Of a stretch of DNA of 45,845 nucleotides, positions 34,046 to 45,845 are shown one piece after another. This DNA comes from Octopus bimaculoides (taxonomy: Eukaryota), in contig NC_068999.1 in NCBI RefSeq assembly GCF_001194135.2, positions 45,325,052 to 45,370,896 of the forward strand. The letters are read 5' to 3'. Numbering within the stretch: the first letter of the stretch is position 1; every line of letters begins with the position of its first letter. The translations under genes were made by a program, and so were the position numbers. The notes beneath the pieces were generated by a model, which was given only the letters and a program-made list of their open reading frames with translations, did no database searches and was not told the origin of the DNA.

Positions 34046-34729
34046 CCGTCACTAGAATTTTAATAATGTAAACATGTTAGACAGCAAAATGATATTGCAA
34101 TACGAGTATTTCAAGTAATGAATAATTAAAACCAAGTTAGAAATACTTACCTGTGGATGAACAGAAAATATCAGCAGCTAAATCTGACAGGTTTTGCAAA
34201 TAATGAAGAAGATTGTCTTTTTATTATCGCATGTCATGAGCAGCACTTGAATCCAGCAGCCGTATTGATGATAAATGAGAACATCTTAAGATTATATGTA
34301 TATGTGAAGCATTTGGATACATGAACAGACATGTATTCATATGTAAGCTCACTTATACACACATATGTAAATGCAAACATACATACATACATGTATGCAC
34401 GTGTGTGTGTATGTGTGTGTGTATGTAGATATATATGTATACAAATATGTATTTATATACATACAAAGGGATGCTGTATTGTCTAAGCTGAAGACCCAGG
34501 GAATTAGTGGCAACACCAGAAAAATTTATTTAACTTTTGATAAATCTTTTAGAAAAAAACTCTGTCAAATATTAGGCTAAGTACACGACACAGGTCCAGT
34601 TTTTAAAAATATGTTTAAGAATAGTTTTTCAGATTTCCAGTTAAAACTGCAAATTATTGTACACAAATTGTTAAATATTGTGCACAAATTAAAATCGTTT
34701 CAATTTCCTAATTTTTGTATGAGCCTAGT

Positions 34730-34892
34730 TTTAACCTTAACCTGAAACTCTAAACCTCAGAACTAAGAACAAACCCTATAAAATCTAAACCTAAGCTCTT
34801 ACTTTAAACCCTTACTCTAAATCCTAATCTTAAACTTATCCCTAAAACCTAAACCCTAATACTAATACTAAACCCCAAACCCTAAAATCCTA
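34730..34892. repeat. Degenerate (CCCTAA)-like array
   Basis: AAACCCTA, AACCTAA, ATCCTAA and CCCTAA variants in tandem. Confidence 0.7.
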
Positions 34893-35589
34893 TTTTTGGT
34901 GTAGAATTTACAACTTGCTATGTTTAAAGGATATGCTTCTAGAATAATCTTTGAAAATGTAAAAGTTACACAGCACTACAACCCCACACAAACACACGCA
35001 CGCACATCCACATACACCCATACACACGCACCACCCACTCCACACACGCACACACACACACACCGGCACAAATGAACCCACATATACACACATGCAAATG
35101 AACCCGCACATAACTCCTACACATACACAACACGCACTCACACACACACACACCCAAGTATACNNNNNNNNNNNNNNNNNNNNNNNNNNNNNNNNNNNNN
35201 NNNNNNNNNNNNNNNNNNNNNNNNNNNNNNNNNNNNNNNNNNNNNNNNNNNNNNNNNNNNNNNNNNNNNNNNNNNNNNNNNNNNNNNNNNNNNNNNNNNN
35301 NNNNNNNNNNNNNNNNNNNNNNNNNNNNNNNNNNNNNNNNNNNNNNNNNNNNNNNNNNNNNNNNNNNNNNNNNNNNNNNNNNNNNNNNNNNNNNNNNNNN
35401 NNNNNNNNNNNNNNNNNNNNNNNNNNNNNNNNNNNNNNNNNNNNNNNNNNNNNNNNNNNNNNNNNNNNNNNNNNNNNNNNNNNNNNNNNNNNNNNNNNNN
35501 NNNNNNNNNNNNNNNNNNNNNNNNNNNNNNNNNNNNNNNNNNNNNNNNNNNNNNNNNNNNNNNNNNNNNNNNNNNNNNNNNNNNNNNNT

Positions 35590-35858
35590 TTCTTCCTCCG
35601 TTTTTCCCTTCTTTGAACTTTCCTTGTTTCCGACGAAGGGCTCCGCCCGAAACGTCATACTCTCTCTCTTTCCTTTCCCGAGCGTCTAGTAACACTATCC
35701 GTATCACGTTCTCACGTTGTTGTTTTTTGTCTTTTTTTGAACTTATATATATATATATAAACGTCAAAGACTTTCCGTATTCCCGAGCGTCATACTAATA
35801 TATACTTTTGTTATTTACACCACCTGTCCTCGTCTGTTGTTATTATTTGTATATTCTC

Positions 35859-35870
<12 letters not shown>
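35590..35870 (+). mobile_element. Penelope-like terminal-repeat remnant; its 3' portion is also present at 18440-18530
   Basis: Shared TTCCCGAGCGTCAxACTAATA..TTTACACCACCTGTCCTCGT..TTCTCCC(AT)n; carries the hammerhead-like motif. Confidence 0.55.
35626..35660 (+). ncRNA. Minimal type I hammerhead ribozyme-like motif (Penelope-like element associated)
   Basis: gttt-CCGACGA-a-GGGC-tcc-GCCC-GAAA-CGTC-atac: core with U4>C, stem II, palindromic ACGT helix III, 3 of 4 helix I pairs. Confidence 0.55.
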
Positions 35871-35894
<24 letters not shown>

Positions 35895-36114
35895 GTTCTT
35901 TTCTTTATATGTAATTTCAACAGCTTTGTTCTTACCCTCGTCCCCCACTAACAATGGCTCTTGTGTTTGCTAAGTTGATTATTGCATGCAATAATTTTTC
36001 GTTTATTATTTTATGGTCGTTGCTCTTTTACCAAATAAATATCTAAATATTCTAGAAGCCTTCGTTTATTGTCAATCGTTTATAAATTACATATTATCGA
36101 GACAGTTATATTAC

Positions 36115-36340
36115 AATGCAAACTCTCACTCTCAATGAACAGCACTTCTTTATACAACTGTCTTCGTTCATACGCATCACATGTCCAAACCAACACAGTC
36201 TTCCTTCTTGCATGCTCCAGTTGATTCCTCTTATGCCCAACTTTTCTCTCAACACATTTGCACTTTGTTGTATGTGCACACTGATGTTGCATATCCAGCA
36301 GAGGCGTACACTCTCAAGCGTTCAAGGTAAGCGCTGCATG
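36115..36340 (-). mobile_element. RTE-clade LINE remnant (second family)
   Basis: WICNISVHIQQSANVLREKLGIRGINWSMQEGRLCWFGHVMRMNEDSCIKKC; RLxWFGHVxRM motif. Confidence 0.8.
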
Positions 36341-36569
36341 CTCTGTGATTTTTTATCCATATCATCGGAAAATTAGATAAAATAGTTACTTTTGTTTCAA
36401 AGAAACTCCATCCAGGTGTTTTCAAAATATTCTCCCTCCCCTTCCCCTCTCTCACTGACTCGTACATCTGCTTTGAGAAGACCACGTGACACTCCCTCTC
36501 TGTCCCTTTGTTAGTGTAGAATTGTTGCTAACCTCGTTCCAATTTCTGACCCATAATTCCCGAGTTAGC

Positions 36570-37192
36570 CAACTGAAATGCGGTGTCAATGGTGGTTCTA
36601 GAAATTCCAAGCCGGAAATTACAGCCTAGAAGACAAGCCTTGTCCTGGAAGATCTGTAGAGCTCATCCTGAAAACCCTGGTGGAAGAAAATCGCATTGTA
36701 ACTTTTGAGGAACTAGCAGAGAAGCTTGGATTTGGTCATTCAACCATTCATCGACACCTGCATGCCATCAGAAAATGACCATCTTTAGTTTCAAGTCGAA
36801 AGGTGTTCTACCATCAGGATAATGCTTGGCCACATACAGCAAGGATGACATTCCAAAGGTTGGAGCAGTTTGAATGGGAAACGATGCCCTTCCTATCATA
36901 TTCACCAGACATTGTCCCATCTGATTATCATGTATTCTGCAGTCTTCAAAATCATTTGGACAGAAAAAATATGAATTCTGTAGACAAGGTCAGAATAGTA
37001 CTGGAGGAGTATTTTCTCTCATGGACAAGTGAATTTTAGTAGAGGGGCCTTGCAAGTGTACCAAATAGATGGAAGAGCATTGTAGAAAATGAAGGAGAGA
37101 ATATTTTAGATTTAAAAAGAACTTCGGTGATCTTAATTTTGAAAAATAGAAGTATAAAAAAAAACTGTATTATTTATAAGATGAACCTATAT
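36570..37192 (+). mobile_element. Internally deleted mariner (Mos1/Hsmar-like) element
   Basis: QWWF*KFQAGNYSLEDKPCPGR..STIHRHL joined directly to HQDNAWPHTA..YSPDIVPSDYHVF..RWKSIVENEGEY; ends in TA. Confidence 0.85.
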
Positions 37193-39331
37193 ATATATAT
37201 ATATCATCATCATCATCATCATCATCGTTTAACGTCCGCTTTCCATGCTAGCATGGGTTGGACGATTTGACTGAGGACTGGTGCAACCGGATGGCTATGC
37301 ACAAATGCACACACACACATGCATATATATACACACATATATAGACATATGTACACATATAGATATATGTATATATATTGGTTACTGAATGTTACTCAGG
37401 TGACACGCAATATAATGCTGTTTGTCATGCTATACACATATTCGTACCTGATTTGTAAGCTTCCCATTATCTAACGCTATTTCATCTCTCATCTTTGATT
37501 GTATTATTTGTTTTTCTTATTTACTGTCTGCTTCAAATCCATAACTCCTTTATTAACCATGCCGAGTGCTTTCCATAAAGTGCATAAAGAAAAAGATTAC
37601 GTGGGCTTCTAACTATTGTATGTTCCGCATTATATTTTCCCGTGAAGGGTAAAATGCTGGTTATGATGTAACATAGCAACACATACAGTTTGTCTCTGAG
37701 ATTGATTTATAGATTGAAAGAAAAAAAAAACTGATTAAAACTAGGAACTGCAGCCTTTTAACACTTTGTTGTTCATATTTCTTTGTCAAATATAATGTTT
37801 ATTTATTCACACTGTTTTGAATTAATCCAGCATTATTTCATAGCTTCAAGATTTTGATGATAGGGTTGTATATCTTTGAAATAACATTATAGGGTAGGTG
37901 TGAGAGGCCATTTATAGCCAGTTTGAACAAGTAGAATATTTAGGGGCCGGATATTGGTAAAAAGATTAAGTTACCCTCTCGAGTCATGTCAGTTCATAAG
38001 GGCCAGTTTCCTGGTTTCATGGCTTATAAATTCCCCACCTGGATGGGACGCCAGTCCCTCGCAGGATTACTCACTGAGTGGACAGGAACAACATGAAATG
38101 AAGTGTTTTGTTCAAGAACACAATAGATTGCTCATAGTGGTGGCACATTAAAAGCCCCCCAGCACACACTGTACAGTGGTTAGTGTTCGGAAGCACATCC
38201 AGCTGTAGAAACCATGCCAAAATCAGACTGATGTAGCTCTCTGGCCTTGCTAGCTCCGGTCAAACTGTCCAACCTATGCCAGCATGGAAAACAAACGTTA
38301 AAGGATGATGATGATGATGATGATGATGAATTTGAATGCAGAATCATAAATTAAAAATCATATTAAAACATGGATGTTGTAATTGGTTCAGTCTTAAGAC
38401 ATTAAGTTGACCATAAGGGAAATGATGCCTTATCAAATTCGCTCCCATTTCTCCTCGACCAGATCCAAGCAAAGTTATCAGAAATGTCCATGCAATAAAA
38501 GATTCCCCAAAGATGTATATGAGAAAGGGTATCTGGTTGTGTGGTAAGAAATTTACTTCCTAATCACATGGTTCCAGGTTCAGTCCCATGGCGTCTTGAG
38601 CAAGTGTCTTCTACTAAAGCCTTGTGAGTGGATCCGGTTGCCACTAAGAACCCTGAATTATGAGCTGTGGTCCTTATTTAATTTGCTCTCATAGAATATT
38701 TTCTAGAAGTAGACCAGACACCTTGATGTCACAGAGTGCACGCAAAAGGTTTCCTTTGTTTCTTTCCCTCTTCTTCCTGTTTTTTTTCTCATTCGTTTTC
38801 CTTTCTTTTATCAATCTTCCTTTCATTTGATCTTATTGATTCATAAGTTAGAAGACTGCCGGATAAACAGAATCATTAGAGCATTGGTTGAAAACCACTT
38901 CATGCTAACATGTTACGGCTCTTGATATTCTGAGTTCAAACCCTGCTAAGCATGAAGGATTTTATTTTCCCATCCTTCCAAGAAATCAATAAATTACAGA
39001 TCAATCACTAGATTCAGTACTAATCAATTATTCACCCTCACCACTACTTGTACTGCTGCCGACACAAAACTTATGACTTTGTGCCTCCACAAGAAATCGT
39101 TATCTGAAAGTTTACAGATCAAACCCTTTGGTGTCCATTTCATTTGTTTTGACACTCATCACTGGTTTCTCCTTGTTTCATGTGATCGTTTCTGTGGCAC
39201 TTCAATTTTTGTTTTACATCCGTTTTTTTTTTCCAGTCAATATCGGTTCCATGACAACTGGACTCTGGTGACGTCTGTGGGAAACTTTCAAGTGTTTCTA
39301 CACAAGGATTCTCTTATCTCTGACAAAAATG

Positions 39332-39408
<77 letters not shown>

Positions 39409-39452
39409 CATGCATGCATACATACATTCATACATATATACATACATACATA

Positions 39453-39493
<41 letters not shown>

Positions 39494-39799
39494 ATATTAT
39501 TATTAATATCAGGGAAATCAATATTAGAAAATTAATCAGAAAGATATATACGTGTGTAAAATAATTGTTGTATTAAAAATATAAATATATATAAATATAA
39601 GTAAATATGTATAAGTATAAATATATTATAATAATAATAATAATAATAAATATGACAGTTTAAAAGTTTTGAATTAAGTTTTAAAGCATCTTACGATCGT
39701 TTCACAGAAATGTTGTCCCTATAATGGAATCCTAGATTGATAAGCATTTATAGACAACTCTTCTGCTCTTCAGAGATATAAATTATCAGATATAAATTA

Positions 39800-40521
39800 T
39801 CTGGCTGTCAGATAATTTCAGCAAAACTCCTTCTAACACCAGAGATGAACTGAAGGCAAGGATTATGGCAGCATTGACCAACTTAAACAAGGAAATCATC
39901 CAGGAGAGTTGCAGGAGATTCTGAAGTCTTCTGGAGGCCATGGTTGAGAAATATAGAGCCATGATGCAGTTCCTTCTGTCAGTTATTTGGAAATGACATG
40001 CTGTATTGCCTGGTATTCGCACTGGAAGTTCCAATACAAACATTTCAGAGTGTTTAGTTGTCAATCTGAGAACAGTGCAATTTGAGGACAGTGCAATCTG
40101 AGGACATGTACCGAAAGTGATAAAAATCAAACATCCAGTCAACATCATGGTGTTTGGAGTGATCACTAGTGATGGGGACATTACACGTCCCCCAGACTAC
40201 AACCACCTTGAATATTATGTGTGGGGCACAGTTGAGCGAGAGACCCACAAAACTCATTGTAACACCAGAGATGAACTGAAGGCAAGGATTATGGCAGCAT
40301 TCACCAACTTAAACAAGGAAACCATCCAGGAGAGTTGCAGGAGATTCCGAAGTCTTCTGGAGGCCATGGTTGAAGCCAATGGCGATTTTATTGAATAAAT
40401 TTACTCTTTAGAATTTCAAGATATTTTTAGGTAAATTTGGTAAATATATCTGTTAAAATGAGATGTCAGTGCTATTTTCATTTTTGCGTAATTTATACAA
40501 CAATTTATTCACCGCACCCTG
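39800..40521 (+). mobile_element. Rearranged maT/DD37D-like Tc1-mariner derivative with right TIR
   Basis: KHPVNIMVFGVITSDG..YYVWGTVERETHKT..RFRSLLEAMVEANGDFIE*; right TIR CAATTTATTCACCGCACCCTG-TA. Confidence 0.8.
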
Positions 40522-40939
40522 TACATACGGTTTACTGTTCCTTTCAAGTAAGCTCAACAAAAACAGCACTCCGTCCAGTGAAAGATAAATATCATTTAAT
40601 GTATTAAGATAAGACTACATGTCTCAATGGCAAGTAACTGTTAGTAGTTCATATCTCAATACAGTGTATGTTAAATGATGTGTGTGTGTCTGTGTCTCTG
40701 TGTGTCTGTATCTCCTTCTTTGACATCACATATTAGTTGTACTAGACTGAGTCAAAGTCTTTTAAAAAAATTTTTTTATTTTCTCTGATAATTTTTGGCA
40801 ACTTGAATCGACAAGTTATATCAATAATTTGATACATTTTGTCGTCCAGTCTTTGCCAAATTGCTTATTCTTTATTTCCATACGTAACATATAAGCATTA
40901 ATTGTCTGTTCTGTTATTGTACAGCTTTGATAATGACTG

Positions 40940-41270
40940 GTGAAAAAAAAAAAAATTACATCTGTAGCCATTTTACGCTACTCAGCCTGTTGAAGAAGAA
41001 AGAACTGACTGCAAGAGCAGCAGATAAAGAAATTAATGATTTGGAAGAGCCAGGAGCTGTAAATGAATGTGGTTCAGACATTTCAAGGATAGTGGTGCCA
41101 GCCTCAAAGACAAAACATGGTTAGGAAAACTTTCTGTCATGGAAGATGAGGCCTTGCTTGAAATTGTTGAACAGGAGCTAAGCCTTAAAAAAAAATATGT
41201 TGGCAGAAGTTGATCCTTCACAAAGCACCCCCTATCAATGCCTCCATAAGCTCAGTCCTGTGAACATGAT
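40940..41270 (+). mobile_element. Degraded mariner transposase N-terminal (HTH) remnant
   Basis: TARAADKEINDLEEPGAVNE followed in another frame by SLKDKTWLGKLSVMEDEALLEIVEQ. Confidence 0.6.
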
Positions 41271-42109
41271 GCCGTTAAGAAGTTCATTACGAACTGACCA
41301 ATGACATGGCTCCATGACATGTGAATTTTCGCAAACAACAGCTGGCAAATCATAGAAATGCATTTTTGAGTGTTGTGCCACATGGAGGCAACAACGAATG
41401 ACCGAGACCTTTGGCATTATGCCGTGCTTGAGAAGAAGACCCATCAAGGCCAAGCAAAATTACAGTCATGGCACATACTTGTGTCACACAAATGGCACCT
41501 GTGCTGATGGCACATAAAAGCACCCACTACACTCTCGGAGTGGTTGGCATTAGGAAGGGCGTCCAGCCATAGAAACCGTGTTCATGCCAGCATGAACAAT
41601 GGACGTTAAACAACAGCGATGATGATGATAATGTATANNNNNNNNNNNNNNNNNNNNNNNNNNNNNNNNNNNNNNNNNNNNNNNNNNNNNNNNNNNNNNN
41701 NNNNNNNNNNNNNNNNNNNNNNNNNNNNNNNNNNNNNNNNNNNNNNNNNNNNNNNNNNNNNNNNNNNNNNNNNNNNNNNNNNNNNNNNNTATTGTCATCG
41801 TTGTCATTATCAGCATCATTCCCACCATTGCCAATATTATCATCATCATATCGTCATTGTTGTCGTCACTGTTGTTGCCGTCATCATTATCACTGACGCC
41901 ATTGTAATTGTCATCGTCATCACTCTCACCAACATTATCATCATCGCTCTCTCTCCATCACCACTATCATCATCACCATATCATCATTGCTGTCATCACC
42001 ATCTTTGACATCATCATTGTCGTCATTGCTGACACCGTCATCACCGTCATTATCATCATCACCATCACTTTCACCAATATCATCATTACCATATTACATT
42101 TGTCACCAC

Positions 42110-42150
<41 letters not shown>

Positions 42151-42519
42151 CTTCAATCCTTTGACTATGTAATCAAATTTTATTGTCACTTCTCTAATGA
42201 TGTTAATTGTTCACCAAAAAATAGAAGTGACGTTCTTCGCTTCTGTAATACTTTTTCAATATTACCAATAGATACGGTTTTTATATCCACCACTACTTAC
42301 ATACATTTGTATGTATGACAATGGAACGTGTATTACATATTTAACTTCATTGGCTTACAGCTGTTTTTGCTATAAGATGCAGTGCACTCTTCTAAAACGT
42401 TATTAGCTATGTAGCTCCTTTACAGCTCTGAGTCCTTCTCTCTTACTTTAACCCCTCATCTCCTAGCAAAAGCCACCTCAGTCATGGTTCAGAATCTTGG
42501 AATCTGCATGGCAACATTA

Positions 42520-43007
42520 CCATAAATCCTCGCATATAGTCCGCCCTTGAGGATAACACACAGGGGATTTTTAGGGGGCTGTACCTCTGAAAAATCTAAA
42601 CCTTGTGTATAATACACACCCCTTCTCTAACTTGAGTCAAGGAGGTCTATATAACGTCCTTGGTTTGTAAACATATATACGATAACGTCCTTTATTATTA
42701 TTGTATATATAACATAATGCAAACATGTAGCTTTTTTGTGCACTTTGTTTGCAGAAAATAAAGAAATAACAGTAATAACGTCGGTGAAAAATAAATATTA
42801 AGTAAATTGCCTTTACATATTTATCACTATCAGTTACAAGCCAGACATCACAAAATGCGTCTGAATAAACATTGCCGGACAGCAAATAGAGACTCGGACA
42901 TTGCTTAGAAAATATTTTTCATTTTTAACCTCGTATATAGTACGCACTAGGGATTTTGACCTTTAAATTTTGGGGAAAAAATGCGAATTATACTCGAGGA
43001 TTTACGG
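42520..43007. mobile_element. 488-bp MITE with imperfect 26-bp TIRs (pogo/mariner type)
   Basis: Left TA-CCATAAATCCTCGCATATAGTCCGC; right GCGAATTATACTCGAGGATTTACGG; about 21/26 complementary. Confidence 0.75.
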
Positions 43008-43617
43008 TTTTCACCCTGGTGGCACAAAAAGAAAGCCATCCAATATAATCTGTAAAGTGGTTAGATTATGAAGGGCATCGGGTGACAAAAACCACTATGC
43101 CCAAACAAACAGTGGAGCACAATGCAGTCCTTGGACTTGTCACATCTTGTTTAACTGTTCAACCCATGCCAGCAGGGAAAACAAGGATGTTAAATGATGA
43201 GGGTGATGAGAATAACATTTTTGTTATTAAATTATATTATCTCATAGCCTGCAGTAGTGGTGTTAAGACCAATCCTCCTGGCTGGGTAAAGCACTCACGG
43301 AGGTGTCTCATAAAACTGCCCATGCAGTGCCGCATAAAAGCGTCTGTGCAGCGACTCGTAAATGCGCCCGTGCAGTGCCATGTAAAAGTGCATGTGCAGC
43401 ATGACATAAAACTGTCCATGTGGTGCCAGGTCAAAGTGGTTGCACAGTGCCACATAAAAGCACCCAGTACACTCTGTTCAAGTGACTGGTGTTAAGAAGG
43501 GCATCCTGCTGTAGAAACCCTGCCGAATCAGACAGATGGAGTCTGGTGCAGCCCCACCGGCCTGCCAGCTCTGGTCACATTGTCGAACCCATGCCAACGT
43601 GGACAACAGACGTTAAG

Positions 43618-43663
<46 letters not shown>

Positions 43664-44390
43664 AACAATGCTGCAATATTAAAGTTTAAAAAATCGTCAA
43701 ATAAAAGCTATAAGATGAAATAATCATATAAATTTATTGTCAATTTTTTTTTTTTGTATTTATTTCCCTGCAATGCCTCAGAATAGCTTTAGCCAGCAGC
43801 CTGGAAACCAGTAAGGAAGACAAAATATTGATTCCTANNNNNNNNNNNNNNNNNNNNNNNNNNNNNNNNNNNNNNNNNNNNNNNNNNNNNNNNNNNNNNN
43901 NNNNNNNNNNNNNNNNNNNNNNNNNNNNNNNNNNNNNNNNNNNNNNNNNNNNNNNNNNNNNNNNNNNNNNNNNNNNNNNNNNNNNNNNNNNNNNNNNNNN
44001 NNNNNNNNNNNNNNNNNNNNNNNNNNNNNNNNNNNNNNNNNNNNNNNNNNNNNNNNNNNNNNNNNNNNNNNNNNNNNNNNNNNNNNNNNNNNNNNNNNNN
44101 NNNNNNNNNNNNNNNNNNNNNNNNNNNNNNNNNNNNNNNNNNNNNNNNNNNNNNNNNNNNNNNNNNNNNNNNNNNNNNNNNNNNNNNNNNNNNNNNNNNN
44201 NNNNNNNNNNNNNNNNNNNNNNNNNNNNNNNNNNNNNNNNNNNNNNNNNNNNNNNNNNNNNNNNNNNNNNNNNNNNNNNCAGCTGGATGCCCTTCCTAAT
44301 GCCAACCACTCCGAGAATGTAGTGGGTGCTTTTACATACCACCAGCACAAAGGCCAGTCCAGTAGCACTGGCAACGACCACACTCAAATG

Positions 44391-44426
<36 letters not shown>

Positions 44427-45361
44427 ACACATATACACACTTGTTAAGTTTTTCTATAAGTTTCTAATTTTTCGGTTTATCATACATTAGATTTATTAAG
44501 TCTAGTACGTGATAGCTCCAAAAATATGTTTTGTGCGACATTTAAAAAAAAATTTTAATTTTCTTCTAATTGCGAATTCAATTTAATGAAATTAAAGTTT
44601 GGTTGAATTTATTTCTAGTCTGTAAACAAGTATTTTAAACAATTTTTATTAACTTCGTCAGAGCAATATAATGAAGCTAAATTACTTTAGAGTTCTTTTA
44701 GCAGACAACTTGAAGAATTACAGATTCATTAGCACGTTTCAGCCGTCGTAATTAACTAATGTTAGTCAAATGAATGTTATTAAAAACTAACTTTTTTTTG
44801 TAACAATAAAAATCATCACTGCCACCATCATCATCGTCGTAAATAAGGTCATCCTCATAATCACCCCCTCCACCATCATCATCAACACTGCCATCATTAT
44901 CATCGTCGTTGTTGTCGTTGTCGTAATCATCGTCATCGTCATTGCTTTCATTGTCTTCACCGCCACTGACACAACTACTACTACCATCTTCATCAACATC
45001 ACCACCATCATCACCATCATCTGCATCATCATCATCATCACTATCATTTTCACCATCATCATCATAATGTCCATCGTCATCACCACCATCACCATCACCA
45101 TCAGCATCATCGTTATTATCATTTGTCGTCGTCATCGTTGTCGTAATCCTCATTGCTGTCATCATCATCATCGTCATCATTACTATAACCTTCATTATCA
45201 CCATCACTACCAAAACTGCTACATCCATTTTCATCATCATCATTATCATCATCATAAGGTCCATTGTCATCACTATCATATCGCCACCGCCACCGCCACC
45301 CCCACCAACATCATCATCACCACCACCATCAAAAGAGAATATATATATATACATAGACATA

Positions 45362-45845
45362 CAGGGTGCGATGGGTAAATTGTTGCCATTTTATATTTTT
45401 TATTTCAGGCATGCACATTGTTTGTTTTTGATTTTGTCGACTACACAGTATGGTAGGGTAACGTCTGTGAGAAATATAGAGCCATGATGCAATTCCTTCT
45501 GCCAGAAATTTGGAAATGACATGCTGTACTGCCTGGTATTCGCACTGGAAGCTCCAATACAAACATTTCAGAGTGTTTAGTTGTCAATCTGAGAACAGTG
45601 CAATTTGAGGACAGTGCAATCTGAGGACATGTACCGAGAGTGATAAAAATCAAACATCCAGTCAACATCATGGTGTTTGGAGTGATCACTAGTGATGGGG
45701 ACATTACACGTCCCCCAGACTACAACCACCTTGAATATTATGTGTGGGGCACAGTTGAGCGAGAGACCCACAAAACTCATTGTAACACCAGAGATGAACT
45801 GAAAGCAAGGATTATGGCAGCATTCACCAACTTAAACAAGGAAAC
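45362..45845 (+). mobile_element. Second copy of the same maT-like derivative with left TIR, truncated by the window end
   Basis: TA-CAGGGTGCGATGGGTAAATTG; near-identical to 39950-40320. Confidence 0.85.

Noticed and set aside
39237-39330. Possible + strand exon (QYRFHDNWTLVTSVGNFQ..) after a strong pyrimidine tract
   Set aside because: Weak donor into (TG)n, no partner exons and no recognisable domain
43311-43460. About six degenerate 24-bp tandem units
   Set aside because: They appear to be amplified internal GTGCCAC..AAAAGCACC units of SINE family B, not a separate system
650-45845. Dozens of long ORFs rich in X, YI, CV, HT, poly-D/M/S/K
   Set aside because: They are translations of N gaps and of (TA)n, (CA)n, (GAT)n and (GAA)n microsatellites, with no splice or homology support

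Overview
Eukaryotic, AT-rich, microsatellite- and SINE-dense draft genomic DNA with many N gaps. The SINE families and (CA)n/(TA)n/(GAT)n load suggest an octopus; this is inference and was not searched. Almost all ORF-track entries are microsatellite or N artefacts. Two spliced protein-coding genes could be reconstructed by hand, both on the minus strand. (1) A divergent zeta(eta)/delta-type tubulin (ATG at 13550, 7 visible exons down to 546, continuing past the window start). Its HSLxGGTGS signature-loop exon is not in the visible sequence and probably lies in a gap. (2) A complete 4-exon, 403-aa gene (22931-18896) encoding signal peptide, PLAT/LH2 domain, Ser/Thr-rich mucin-like stalk, CxC plus a juxtamembrane motif, one TM helix and a very short tail. 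The rest is transposon debris (several SINE families, RTE and RLE-type LINE remnants, mariner/maT, MULE, pogo-like MITEs). It includes a Penelope-type minimal hammerhead ribozyme motif, two fold-back SINE pairs and a pre-miRNA-like hairpin. All gene models are manual; no database search was run.
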